DNA of 63,307 bases, filler included, from Olpidium bornovanus S191 (lineage: Eukaryota > Fungi > Olpidiomycota), in the NCBI GenBank assembly GCA_017911155.1. It is 28 parts of 28 records of this genome, joined end to end, with 100 filler letters (N's around TTAATTAATTAA, not from the genome) between each part and the next. Parts side by side here need not be neighbours in the genome. Positions count along the whole stretch, not along the records: positions 1 to 1,408 come from JAEFCI010005222.1; positions 1,509 to 3,967 come from JAEFCI010009348.1; positions 4,068 to 7,326 come from JAEFCI010006642.1; positions 7,427 to 8,900 come from JAEFCI010009400.1; positions 9,001 to 12,560 come from JAEFCI010003961.1; 23 more parts are not named here. One strand, given 5' to 3'. The translations under genes and the position numbers were made by a program. Positions within the stretch are counted from its first letter, which is position 1. Every line of letters begins with the position of its first letter. The notes under the pieces were generated by a model. It worked only from the letters and a program-made list of their open reading frames with translations, ran no database searches and had not been told where the DNA came from. Below, piece by piece: positions 1 through 11,011 of this stretch.

Positions 1-1408
1 AGGGGTGGCTCTATCGTGAACCGCACTGGCAGTGATGTACGCTATGCCAGAAGTTACATTATACTAACTATTATTATAGTCAGTGGTTTGTAGATTGTGG
101 TGCGATGTACGTCTGCATGTACTAATAAGCAGCAATTTAATGCATAATGCATTTTACACATATAATTATTTTATATATGTAAGCATTAAGCATGAACCAT
201 GATTTCCCCGCTGCAGTTGCCGTCAATTTTTCTTTTTTTTTTTTCTACCGGAAAGGCGGGCGACGAGCGTTCCAAGAGCCGAGATTCTACGTTGTCGCCA
301 ACTTCGAAGTTCCCCGGGCCAAACGTCCACGACATCTTTGACATCCCCAATGGCCGCGCACTTCCTGCATGAACTCTACGGGACGGTGCCGCTTCGTGGT
401 GGACCGTAACAGCACTCCGTGGGGTTTTCCCCATACACACACACACTACCGGCATCCCACCAGTGGGTTTGCCCCCTTCCCGCCCCGCTGACATCGATGA
501 GTGGTGCCCGGACAACGCCATTACACGTAGAGGTGATGTACGGTTAGACGGCGGCATGCTTGTGTCGAACACCGCGCGGTGTTCCTGAAAGTTTGCATGC
601 GCGTTGCGTGCGAGCAGAGCGGGAAGCAGAAGCGCGCGTTTCGAATTTGCGAAGCGCATGAGACTCCTCGCAGACTACTTCGCAACATGAAATCAGCCAC
701 GCCCCATCACATCCCCCGCGGGCCCTAACCAATCGCCGTTCTCGACGGATAAGGCAAAAGGGGGGGGGGAGGGGAGGAGCGGGGAAGTCAATCGGACACG
801 TGGCCAACGCGCCGTTGTTCAAACTCGACAATGGCAAGGGGGGAACACGCATGCACAGAAGTCTGCGGCGCGGGCGGGGCACAGCGGCGACCCCTGGGGA
901 ACGGGACGAGCCGAGTTTCCGTGGAACGCCGTTTGCTTTCCGCTGCCGCGTGAGGGCCGAGTGGGAAGGTGGGGGGGGGAACCGGCAATTTTCCGAGTCG
1001 GAGAGGCACGCGGGGGGGGGGGTAAAAAACAGCCGTCGGCGCGTGGCCCAAAAAAGAAAAAATGAAAAAAAAAAATTCCGAGCGCCAGCCGCGCGAGTCG
1101 GCCGGTTTCACCCCGAACGCCCCAGCAACGGCGAGCGCGAGCTGATTAACGGAAAATCTCCGGTCGCACGCGGCGACGGCCGCCGTATGGGGGCCCGCGG
1201 ACCACAAGATTAACGGAAGCGTTTGCCACCGACCTTCCAAATGCTCTCCGCACCGGAACGCCCTCTCGGCTGATTAAAAAGGGCGGCCGTCGGCCCTCAC
1301 CCCGCCCACTTTCACCCCCTGTCTATGATAAGGCGTAACGTCATTTTTTGAAGCCTGGTTGCTTTTCATCCATCATACGCGTCAATTAGCACTTTTGAGC
1401 ATCAAAAA

Positions 1409-1508
1409 NNNNNNNNNNNNNNNNNNNNNNNNNNNNNNNNNNNNNNNNNNNNTTAATTAATTAANNNNNNNNNNNNNNNNNNNNNNNNNNNNNNNNNNNN
1501 NNNNNNNN
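1409..1508. other. Artificial contig-joining linker (44 N + TTAATTAATTAA + 44 N), first of 27
   Basis: Identical 100-nt block starts at 1409, 3968, 7327, 8901, 12561, 15551, 17239, 21639, 22922, 24508, 26897, 28053, 30810, 32250, 33621, 35894, 42414, 44521, 46806, 48435, 49753, 51117, 52735, 54580, 57170, 58310, 61699. The core gives stops in all six frames. Confidence 0.99.
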
Positions 1509-1511
1509 GAT

Positions 1512-1677
1512 TGTTACAGTATACATATGAGTTTAAATCTCATTATTATTCAGCTATCCACTGTGGTGGTATTGGAATACACGATTACTTTAGATCCTGA
1601 TCTCAAACTAGCTAGATATTACACATGTCACCCGATAATTCCATCCTTCCAACAGATGCGCAACAGGTTATGAGCCC
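1512..1677 (+). mobile_element. Short LTR (TGTT...AACA, 1512-1665) plus half-tRNAiMet primer-binding site GGTTATGAGCCC (1666-1677)
   Basis: TG..CA inverted termini. The PBS is the reverse complement of the tRNAiMet anticodon-arm sequence GGGCTCATAACC, the copia/Ty5-type PBS. Confidence 0.75.
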
Positions 1678-1812
1678 AATTGTGACTTTCTCCCTCCATC
1701 TGTGGTTGCGCGGGTGGCCGAGGCCCGTTGACAGCAGTGCCTGAGGTGCCTGGCTCGAGGGGGGCGGGGTGTTAAAATGGCTTCGCAAAGCGAGCCAGAC
1801 ACCTGGTGAATA

Positions 1813-1886
1813 GGGCACATAGCTCAGTTGGTTAGTGCCTCCGTCTGGAAAAGGGAAGGTCCTAATATCGGCCCTCGGTCGGCCCA
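1813..1886 (+). pseudogene. Degenerate tRNA-like sequence (74 nt, loop CTGGAAA) followed by TTTT
   Basis: A-box TAGCTCAGTTGG, canonical arm spacing, AGGTC variable loop, partial acceptor GGGC/GCCC+A. T-arm is degenerate. Confidence 0.55.
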
Positions 1887-2397
1887 CTTTTGATGCGCAA
1901 CACGCTGAACACAGAGCACTCGTCGCGCGCCCACAGCTCGGCGCCCTTTGGGCAGCGAGATACAGTAGCAACTGGGTCCCAGGGGTTGTTGGAACGGTGG
2001 GCCGCAAGTCCGACCCCCGACGGCCTCCTTCCAACGCGAGGCGTCAGGCCTGGCCAGAGCTTCTTCGACGGCCTGAGGATCGTTGCGAGTTGTGCGGTTT
2101 TGGGTGTTTTGTTTCTGACCGAAGTGGGCACTGGGAAATATTTAATATGCTTGCTTGACGCAGCCCTGCAAGAAAACCCTCGACGGTCGAGGAACCCGTA
2201 CCAACCGAACGTGCTGTTCAACACGGTGGATCAGACTTGGTCAAATCCCAGCATCTGGTGCGGCGTGCCAGCTGGTTACATACTTGAGGGCACCTGAGAA
2301 CTGTTTGTAGGATCAAACATGCTAAGCTTTTACACGGGGGTCAGGGAAGCGAGTTGCGTGCGTTCTGAAGCGTCGAACGTAGAGCTGTCCGCCCTAC

Positions 2398-3838
2398 ATG
2401 GAACAACCGGAGGGCTTCAAAGCAGGAGACGGAGTCTGCAAGCTTACCCGAAGCCCTTTACGGATTAAAGCAGAGTGGGAAGGTGTGGAACCATCGTCTC
2501 CATCAAGAATTACATCCATCTCGGCCTGGGGGCATTACCGGCCGAGCCGTGCGTCTACATACTCAAGGGAAAAAAAAAACACGAGATTCAGGTCATCGTC
2601 GCCGTCTACGTTGACGATCTGCTGCTGACAGGACCAGATGACGACGAGATCATAAAGATCTTCGAGCGCAATTTAGAAGAAAAAATTAAGACGACGGATG
2701 GAGGGGATCTATCCTTTATCATTGGGATCCGAGTGCGGAGAAAGGAAGGACTGCTTACGCTTGATCGAAAGCATTATGCGGAGCAAGTCCTGACGAAGTT
2801 CGGAATGACGGGAGCGAACCCGGTAAGCACCCGCGTCGAATCCGGGTCATCGGGGACGCTTGTGTGCGATGCCCCGCAGGAAGACGACCTGCCGAGACCG
2901 CTACGCAGAGAGCCGCTCGGATCCATAATGTGGTTGGCAAACCATGAACGCGCGCGGCGGATCTCGCGTTTGCGGCGGGATTCCTTTGCCCGATTCACCG
3001 CCGCACCGTCAAGCCAACTCTGGGGAGCCGTGAAACGAGTGTTGAGACACATTCGGGGGAACCGTGGGACAATGGACTCCAATTCGCAACGCAAGGGGAC
3101 GATGACCCTCAGAGGCTTTTTGCGACGCAGGATTGGGCCGGATGTCACCAGACGCGAGCGTCGACGCCAGGGGCAGTCATCCTGTACAACGGGTTCGCCC
3201 ATATCTTGGTGCTGAACGCGGCAAAAGTGCGTGGCAACCTCGTCTTGTGACGCGGAATTTGTCTCTGGGTCGGCGGCGGGCGCAGGAAATTCTGTGGATT
3301 TTGCTCCACCCTGCAGCAAATCGACGAAACCGCAGTCCATCGAGGCGACAAAACTGCATATATAGACAACAACGGGGCGATGGAGCTGGGAAAAAAAGAC
3401 GCCCAAGACGTCAAAAAGATCCAAACATATCGACATACGGGTATCACCACCTGCGCCAATGCGTCCAGGACGGATCCGTCATCGCTGATGAGGACCGCGT
3501 CCGCGGAAAACCCGGCGGACACTTTCACAGAATTGCTGGATCGAATCCAAGTTCGTCAAATTCCGCGAAACGCTCGGAATTCGCGATACTACCTGAAGCC
3601 CGCGCTACACGAAAAACCGCCCGGGGTAAGAAACCGCAAAGGAAACGAAGGAAAATTGGAGTGACCATGGAATAGACATTGTGCACGGTGAGGTGGGGTG
3701 TCGGCCCACAAGGGGCGAAACGTAGTCTGAAACAAAGGGGGTTTCAGGGCACCGCGCCCACTAGAAATTTACCCCTGAATTGGGTAAAACGCCTGAATGG
3801 AACAGCTCCCCGCGAGCTTCTTCTGGCCATACCCGACA
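2398..3838 (+). mobile_element. Degenerate Ty1/copia RT-RNase H, PPT (3690-3698) and 3' LTR (3699-3838, TGTCGG...CCGACA)
   Basis: MEQPEGF..VCKL..YGLKQSGKVWN, VYVDD, AVKRVLRH, SSCDAEF, IDNNGA, ENPAD motifs split across frameshifts. Confidence 0.93.
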
Positions 3839-4874
3839 GTGGGAGGCATGGGATGCCCCGCGAGCAATACCGGAAACGGCCAAGCCCCCGGCGGTTCGGG
3901 AATATGCGCGGCTCCGTTGCGAGACTCCGCGCGGCATCCTCGACCCCCAGGGGATTTGCCTGTGAGCNNNNNNNNNNNNNNNNNNNNNNNNNNNNNNNNN
4001 NNNNNNNNNNNTTAATTAATTAANNNNNNNNNNNNNNNNNNNNNNNNNNNNNNNNNNNNNNNNNNNNCATGCAAAAGCGACCTCCGACATATACCTTCCT
4101 GCAATGACGACCTCACTAAATGATTTCAGTTAACCGTCGTTAATCATCAGATCATTTCTGCCGTGGCAAGTCCTTCTCAGCTCAGGTCTTGCACGACGAG
4201 AACTTGGTTTTGTGTGGCATTGAGGATGCTTTCAGGATGCGGCGAGCTCATCTGGCTGGCCGACCGAGAGCGGCGGGGGTTGTCCTCTCCCTCTCGCTTT
4301 CTTCACTTTGACTCGCGACGGCGCGCCGGCGGCTAATTCCCCGAGGGCGCGGGCGTTTTTCTTCTGGAAATTCCTTCCCGCGCCGGGAAGAACAAAAAAA
4401 AAAAAAAAAAAAGCCAACACTCAAACGAAAAACTCCCGACGCCTTGCCTCTCCCTCCGCTCCGGCCCGCAACGGGCGCCCGGGCCGTTTGGCGTGTCGCG
4501 AGCCCGGGGACGCTGGCGAGGATCCGGCGGCCTTCGCCGGGAGACTACCGCCGCCCGCCCGCACGGAAGGCTGTTGCCCGGTGGAGAGTGTGGACATCGC
4601 CGGTGCGCGTCCCGTCTCCGGGCTGTCCGTTCCTGAGCTCGCTGGGGATGCCCCTCGGGGGCTCTCCCCTCCTGCACGCCCGGCCAGGGGTGCGGTCGAC
4701 CGCCTTGTGCAGCGCCTGTCGGCTTTTTGCCTGTCGGCGCTTCGCCTGTCACTGGCCAAGTCCGTTGATCCAGGGTGGTTTCTCTCGAGCCACCGCGCCG
4801 GCACCGCGACGGGGCTCGACCTTCCGCTCTCGGCGCAGGAGGGAGCCGCCGCTACTGGAGGAGTCCCGCTCTCT

Positions 4875-7179
4875 ATGTCGACTTCATCCGAGTCGGCGAG
4901 TCCCTCGACGGGACAAGTTTCCTTGTTGTGGATAGCCAACGTGAGTCGCGTGGGGCGGGGGTTCAGAGCGCATCGCATGCGCGCAGCGACTGTGGTGCCG
5001 ACAGCACACCAAATCACTGCCTCTCTTTTCTGTGACCCGTTCAGAGCTTCCAGAACCAAAAGGATTTGGCCAAGTACACGCCGCTGCACCGCATTCCGCA
5101 ACCGGTCATGAACTTGACGTCGGCATACTTTGGCGGCGGCAAATCGTTTTCCACGGCGCTGATCAAGAACGTTACCAGTGTTCTAAAGGCGGGTTGGAGG
5201 AGGCTTTCGGTGAACCTGTATTATGAGCAAGCGCTGCCGGCGTGGCAGCTGTGTCCCGTCCGCCTTACGCTTCCTGCATCGTCGTCCGCGGCCACCACAA
5301 CGACGACGACTTCAGGCTCGGCCTCGGCGCCGACTGATCCGCCTGCCCAAGACCGACAGATCGGAGACGTCTTGTGCTCGACTTCGTCGGACCAGCTCCA
5401 GCTCTTCCTCGGCGCGCTCAACTCCTGGGTCGCCGCGAATTTGAAAGAGAAACGAGATCGAGACGTCGTTGTGCTCGTGTTGAATCTACTTGATCTCGGG
5501 CCCCCTGCCGGTAACGCAACATTCTTTGGTCCGTCGCCGAACACGAACGCGACGCTCGCGGCCCGCAACCCCGGCCTCAGCATCGGCCGCCTGCTCTCTT
5601 CCACGTTCGGGAACGCGCTTTACACAAACTTGAACTTGCAGCAGGACCGGTCGTCACGCGGTGTCATCGCACAACAGTACAACGGTGTGGGGTCCGAGTG
5701 GCCTACGCCTGCAGCTCTGCTGGATCAGAGCTCCACCCCGCGGATGGTCCTCGCGGGCTTTGGCTATGTCAAACTCCAAACACCTCCTGCTGATCCTGCC
5801 GCCGCGACTACACTCTCCACTCCCTCCTTGATGTACACCGGGTACAACGTCAGCGCGGATACTGAATCTGTGGTTCACCCGCCTGGGAGCCTCGGCATTC
5901 CTGGCCCACTGCAGAACGTGACCGGCGACGATGGAAACCCGACGCTTTCCGACACGTCTGCCTCAGGTTGGCCGAATTGCAGTATGCCCCTCGGGGACCT
6001 CGTGCTACTCCCCTCAGGGTCCGAAAGTGCCTTTGGCGTTATTGGGCGCGGAAACTGGTGGGGTTCTTCGCGTCCTCCTGCTGCGTCAACGGTTTTTAGG
6101 TTAGCCAGCTGGGCGTGGGCGGCAGTTGATGAAAGCCCAACAAACAGATGGAGTCTGGAGACCGTTTACCAGGCGGTACGTCGAAATTGCCCTTGCTCGT
6201 GACTTCGCTGCAACGGTTTTCCGCGGTTTGGGCTAAATGACCATATCCGCGTTGTTACACGGTCAACTTGCGGGACTACAAGGCGAGATGCGGCTACTCA
6301 CCGAACTTCATATTCGCGAGCGTAGGCCTTCCGAATGTGCTGTCTGGCGGCATCTGGTCTTGGGATGTTGGCCACGGCCATAACAAGAGCACTGATTTAC
6401 CCAGATGCTCTGCCATGGACATCGCAACCGGTCGGTGGCGGGTGGTCGACTGCGATGCGCCACTAAGGGCTGCCTGTCAGAACAATGCGGACCCTAACAT
6501 GGTATGCGCCGCCGGGTTTTCCGTCTCACTTGCATGTCGCCGGAACTGACCCTCGGCATGTTCCAGTGGACGCTAAGCGAAACCCAGGTCGGGTACTCGG
6601 ACAGCGGCTCGTCCTGTCCCACCGAGTACCGGTTTGCCGTCCCGCGGACCGGGCAGCAAAATGCCCACCTCCGGCGCTCTGCGCTCCTTACGTTCTTTCC
6701 GGATCTGTCCGCGATCGGAGACGTCACCGTCAATGTCGCGAAGGACCGCCTCGGCGCCGCTGCGGGCACTGACGCCGCCAGCGCCGTCGTCAGGCTAGAC
6801 TACAATTGCCAGATGACGGCGGGTTGTTGGGTCGTCGGGCAAAATAATCCATGTCCGTACGAGAAAATGGTCGGTCGACGTGCTTTGCGGGGATGGGGCG
6901 TGGGGGGGGGGCGGGGGGGGAAGGGTTTAGGTTTCGCAACGGCGTGCAATTGTTTGTGATTTTCCTCCCAGTGTTGACTACTTTTGCGATCTGCCACAGG
7001 ACGAAGACGTGCAGACGGGGCTGATCAACTTTTCGGCCGCGGCTGGAGTCATCATCCTCAGCGTGGTCGCTCTCTCGCTGTACTTCAAATGCCGCCGGAT
7101 GTTCCGCGTGCGCAAGGCCAGCAGGCGAAAACAGGAGGTCAAACTAAAGATGAGAGCCACAGAATATATTACCGTCCCG
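4875..7179 (+). CDS. MTC6: Maintenance of telomere capping protein 6 (Mtc6) family type-I membrane protein, multi-exon; start uncertain
   Basis: Exons ..4940, 5045-6175, 6283-6501, 6567-6869, 7000-7179 with GT-AG. Motifs QKDLA, WRRLSVNLYY..WQLCPV, CGYSP, GRWRVVDC..AAC, CP..YRFAVPRT..N, CWV..CPY, then a TM helix ending LYFKC. Confidence 0.8.
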
Positions 7180-7860
7180 GTAGGTCCTCCGCTTTTTTGG
7201 AAATCTCTTACCCGCGCGCTGGATGGAACGGGTCGCGTCAAAATCCGCTTCCCGCAGACGGCCTATTTTCTGACGCCCGAAAACGCGCGACTGCCCCGAT
7301 CAACCCTCCCCCCCCCCCCCCCCCCCNNNNNNNNNNNNNNNNNNNNNNNNNNNNNNNNNNNNNNNNNNNNTTAATTAATTAANNNNNNNNNNNNNNNNNN
7401 NNNNNNNNNNNNNNNNNNNNNNNNNNACTCCTCGGTGAAAATTCAGAATGATAATGGAAGAAATAAAATGAGGAGTTTTTAGCGCAGATTAACGGGATAA
7501 ATGATTCAAAAAAAAGTGGGAGTGGGTGTAAGACCGAATGAAGTAACGCACTCGGTAAAACGAGGTTTCGATAAGCCTTTCGTAAAAATTTAGTGAAATG
7601 CATATGATTCATGTTGTAGCAACGAATCCCATGCTATAGGCAATAGCTACTTTGCGCCGTAGGCGTGCGGAGTGGAGCTCTGCCTCGCAACAAACCGTAA
7701 ACTCAATGGGGAAAACCTCTATCAAAGGGAAAAAGAGTACAGAGCAGGTGGTCCGACGTGACATAATCGACTTGTCGAAACCTACTTGCGCTCCTCCTGA
7801 AGGTAACGTACAAGCTCCTGAAGGTAAACGTGCTCCGCCTCAAAGTAAGGCCCACACGCT

Positions 7861-8213
7861 TTGTTATCTCATAAGGTAGAAAATTTGACGTTAGAATTCG
7901 CTGCTCAGCGCGGACTAATTGCTGCTTCCGACGTCGCCGATTACACCAAGGAAATTTCAGATCTTGCTCGCCAGCAAATCACTCGTGTGCAGGCGAAACA
8001 AGCAAAGTACTATAATCGTAACCGCCGGATAGTTCTCGTTTAAAGAAGGTGATCTTGCGCTCGTAAATCGTGAAGGTCTCACAGTTGCCGACGATTATAC
8101 TCTGCCGTTCATCGGCCCCTTTCGTGTTGTTTCTGTCAAGAACAACGATAATTACCGTCTAGAATTACCTCGGACGTATCGAGTTCATCCCGTGTTTCAC
8201 ATTAGCAAGTTAC
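7861..8213 (+). mobile_element. Ty3/gypsy integrase C-terminal remnant
   Basis: QAKQAKYYNRNRR, KEGDLALV, GPFRVV, NYRLELP..RVHPVFHISKL with a frameshift near 8040. Confidence 0.85.
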
Positions 8214-8730
8214 TGTTATAGTAGACGCATAATGTGATCACGTGACCTCCCTCCGTACATAACCACACAGCGGTTCCGCTCTCCCCCTTCCTCCCCCCCG
8301 CCGTCTCCGTAAACAAATAAAACACGAACCGCCCGTCATCCGCCCGTCGTTAGATGGTAGCAACGCCCGTCTCTATCTAGGGCAACCTACCGTCCGCCAT
8401 CCGCCGTCTGCCGTCCCCGCCCGCCGTCTGCCGTCCCCGCCCACCCCCGCCGCCGCCCGCCGCCGAGGCCGCCCGCCGCCCGCCGCCGCCGCCCGCCGCC
8501 CGCCGCCGCCGCTCGCCGCCCGCCGCCGCCGCCGCCCGCCGCCGCCGCCATCCGCCGTCTGCCGTCCCCGCCCGCCACCGCCGCTGCCATCGCCGCCGCT
8601 GCACTCCGCAACCGCCGCGTTTGCCGCCGCTTTTCGCCGTGTCCCTTAGCTCACCACGGTCACTCCATGGAGCAACCCTGTGCCCTGTCGGCTGACGAGG
8701 CCGCCGTCCTTTTCGCCGAACTGCAACAGC
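8214..8730 (+). mobile_element. Probable nested LTR (about 8214-8354) with PBS TGGTAGCAACGCCC (8355-8368), GC-rich leader and gag-like start
   Basis: TG start truncates the integrase at SKL. AATAAA lies inside, the PBS begins TGG, and a CGCC-repeat tract (8390-8640) precedes MEQPCALSADEAAVLFAELQQLR. The LTR end reads AGA, not CA. Confidence 0.45.
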
Positions 8731-9137
8731 TCCGCACCCGTTGTTGTACCAGTTTTGTACTTTAATCAGAGGGCGGAGTCAGCCGTTAAGCCCCAGGGCT
8801 TCTCCGAGGCGGAAGACAGACGACACGATGGGGACAAACGCGATTCCAATCCTCTTTTTTTCTCGTTCTCTTCCTCTCTCTCTCTCTCTCTGCTCTCTCT
8901 NNNNNNNNNNNNNNNNNNNNNNNNNNNNNNNNNNNNNNNNNNNNTTAATTAATTAANNNNNNNNNNNNNNNNNNNNNNNNNNNNNNNNNNNNNNNNNNNN
9001 CCCCCCCCCCCCACCCCTGCACACACACGCAGCGCGCGCCAACACGCAAAGCACGTCGTGCTTGCGGGGCGGGCGGGGATCAGGGAGCGAAAACGAAACG
9101 AAGAACGAAAGAAAAGAAACAAACAAATTTTTTTCAC

Positions 9138-9310
9138 CTGTCGAGGTAATACGCGTTCTCCCTGGCCAGCGTCCGGCACGACGCCAGGACCTCGCTGCGT
9201 TTCCCGGCGCCGAGGCCCCCGCACTTCAGCGATACCGGGGCGAAGACGTCGTGGTTCGTCGTTGGTCTCGGCACGCCGAAGTCGGTTCGGAAGACCGACT
9301 TGTTGTCGTT
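9138..9310 (-). CDS. Isolated internal coding exon of an unidentified protein
   Basis: CAG acceptor and GTG donor flank NDNKSVFRTDFGVPRP...SCRTLARENAYYLD; globular-like composition. Confidence 0.4.
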
Positions 9311-10531
9311 CTGTTTTTAATAAATGAAAAGAAAAAAAGGAAGAAATTCGTAACGTGGGTGCGGGAAAGAGGGGAAAGTGAAGCGATTTTCGAATTAGAG
9401 GCGCTGGAAAAATGGAAAGGGCCCTTTCCCCGATGACGCTCGCTGGACTCTTCTCTTTCTTTCTTTCCCCACTTCTCTCTCTATTTCCCTTTCGGGAGAA
9501 GGGGCGCCGGATGGGAGGCGCGGACCCTTCTTTTTTTTCTTTTTTTTTGGGGGGGGGGGGGGGGGGGACGCGGGGTCCCCTTCTGCCTCGGTCTCACCTT
9601 GAACCTAAGCCAAGGCACGCAGTTCCGAAACGGCAGCTCGGTTAATCTCCCCTCTTCCACCCCACGCCCGTAAAAACGTCCCTTCTTCGCCGCGCGCCCG
9701 GTCGGACACCCGCCCTCCGCTCGCCTCGAGAAAACCCCGGTCTTCCCCCCCCCCCCCCCCCCCTCCCGCACGCCGCCGCCGCCGCCCCTTTTTTTCTCCA
9801 ATTCAAACACGGAAAGTTTTTTTTTTTTTTTTCATGCGCGGGATTTTGGCCTAAACCGAGGAACCAACCCGTAGTCGAAAAGGGCATGTTCCTCCCCCCT
9901 CGGCGGCCGGACCGCCATCGCGCGCGCGTTGACGGAAAACGGAAAGGGGGAGGCGGGGAAGCCGAGGGAGAAGAGGCCGATCCCGCCGTTACAGGAACCT
10001 TGACGGGCGAGGCTGCTGCGTTTGGCCTCGCGAGTTTGCGCTTTTCCCCTGAATGTCGTTGCGGGCCGAGAGGAGGATAATTGCGAACGCGAACCGGGGC
10101 GTCCCCCGTCCTTGCTTCTCGCCCGCCCACCCCTTCCCCCCCCGGCCCTTCCACCTTCCCGGTTGCGATTCGTTGGTAGCCAAGGAAACGGCGCTGTGGG
10201 CGTGTGGGGCGAGCGCGGGGGGGTGTGCAAAACCCCGCCCTGGCAAGTCACGTGATGCAAAATGGCGCGCGTCCCTCCGCTGTTAAGCAGCCACAGCGTG
10301 ATGTTTTGAGGTTGCCGCCGTCGTGATGATGACGACGATGATGATGCGCGCCCCGGCGGGAGGGGGGGGGCCGGGTTGGGAGGAGTGGGGGAGGGCGAAA
10401 CAGCGGCCTTTCGCGCGCGGCGCACGGCCGACCTTTCGGACCTTGACGGCGTCAGCTGCCGGCGCTGACCTAACCACCGTTACGCGGCAGTGCCGTACGA
10501 AGGAGGGCTGCAGGCCAAACCGAAAAGAAAA

Positions 10532-10562
<31 letters not shown>

Positions 10563-11011
10563 AAACAACGCGAATTCTGCCGCAGATTTTACGCCTCGGG
10601 AAAGTTCGAACTCTCTCAGAGACCGGCGCCAGTCTTTTTCCCTAGGTTTTTGCTCCAATGACGCCACGCCACCGGGCCAAACCGCGCGTAAGCACGTTAG
10701 GTGTTTTCCCGACAGCGGGGAAAAGAAAGAAGTTATGCCGGCGGCCGGAAAAAAAATATGTCTACATTGAAAAAAAAAAATGAAAAACATAATATAAAAA
10801 AAGGAAAGAAAAGGAGGGTATGCCAGAGGCCGCCCGAGGGTGAACCCTGGCAAGCCCAAAGAGTTTGCAAACGAATGGGCGCCAAGGAGCGCTGCGCCGA
10901 CTGGCGTGCACGCCGCTAGAGATAAAGAAAACCCTCCCCGTCGTCTGTCTTATTTTTGTCCTTTCTGCTCTGTCTTTCTTCTGCCCTCTGGCGCCGGGGC
11001 GTCAGCCCCCT

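Noticed and set aside
186-1240. Several 110-157 aa ORFs in contig 1
   Set aside because: No recognisable motif; overlapping on both strands, as expected in GC-rich stop-poor DNA.
1453-1464. TTAATTAATTAA recurring 27 times, like a CRISPR or regulatory repeat
   Set aside because: Always centred in 88 Ns; it is a synthetic six-frame-stop linker.
3679-4023. ORFs ending or starting in X-runs plus LIN (this one and many others)
   Set aside because: These are translations through the linker, not proteins.
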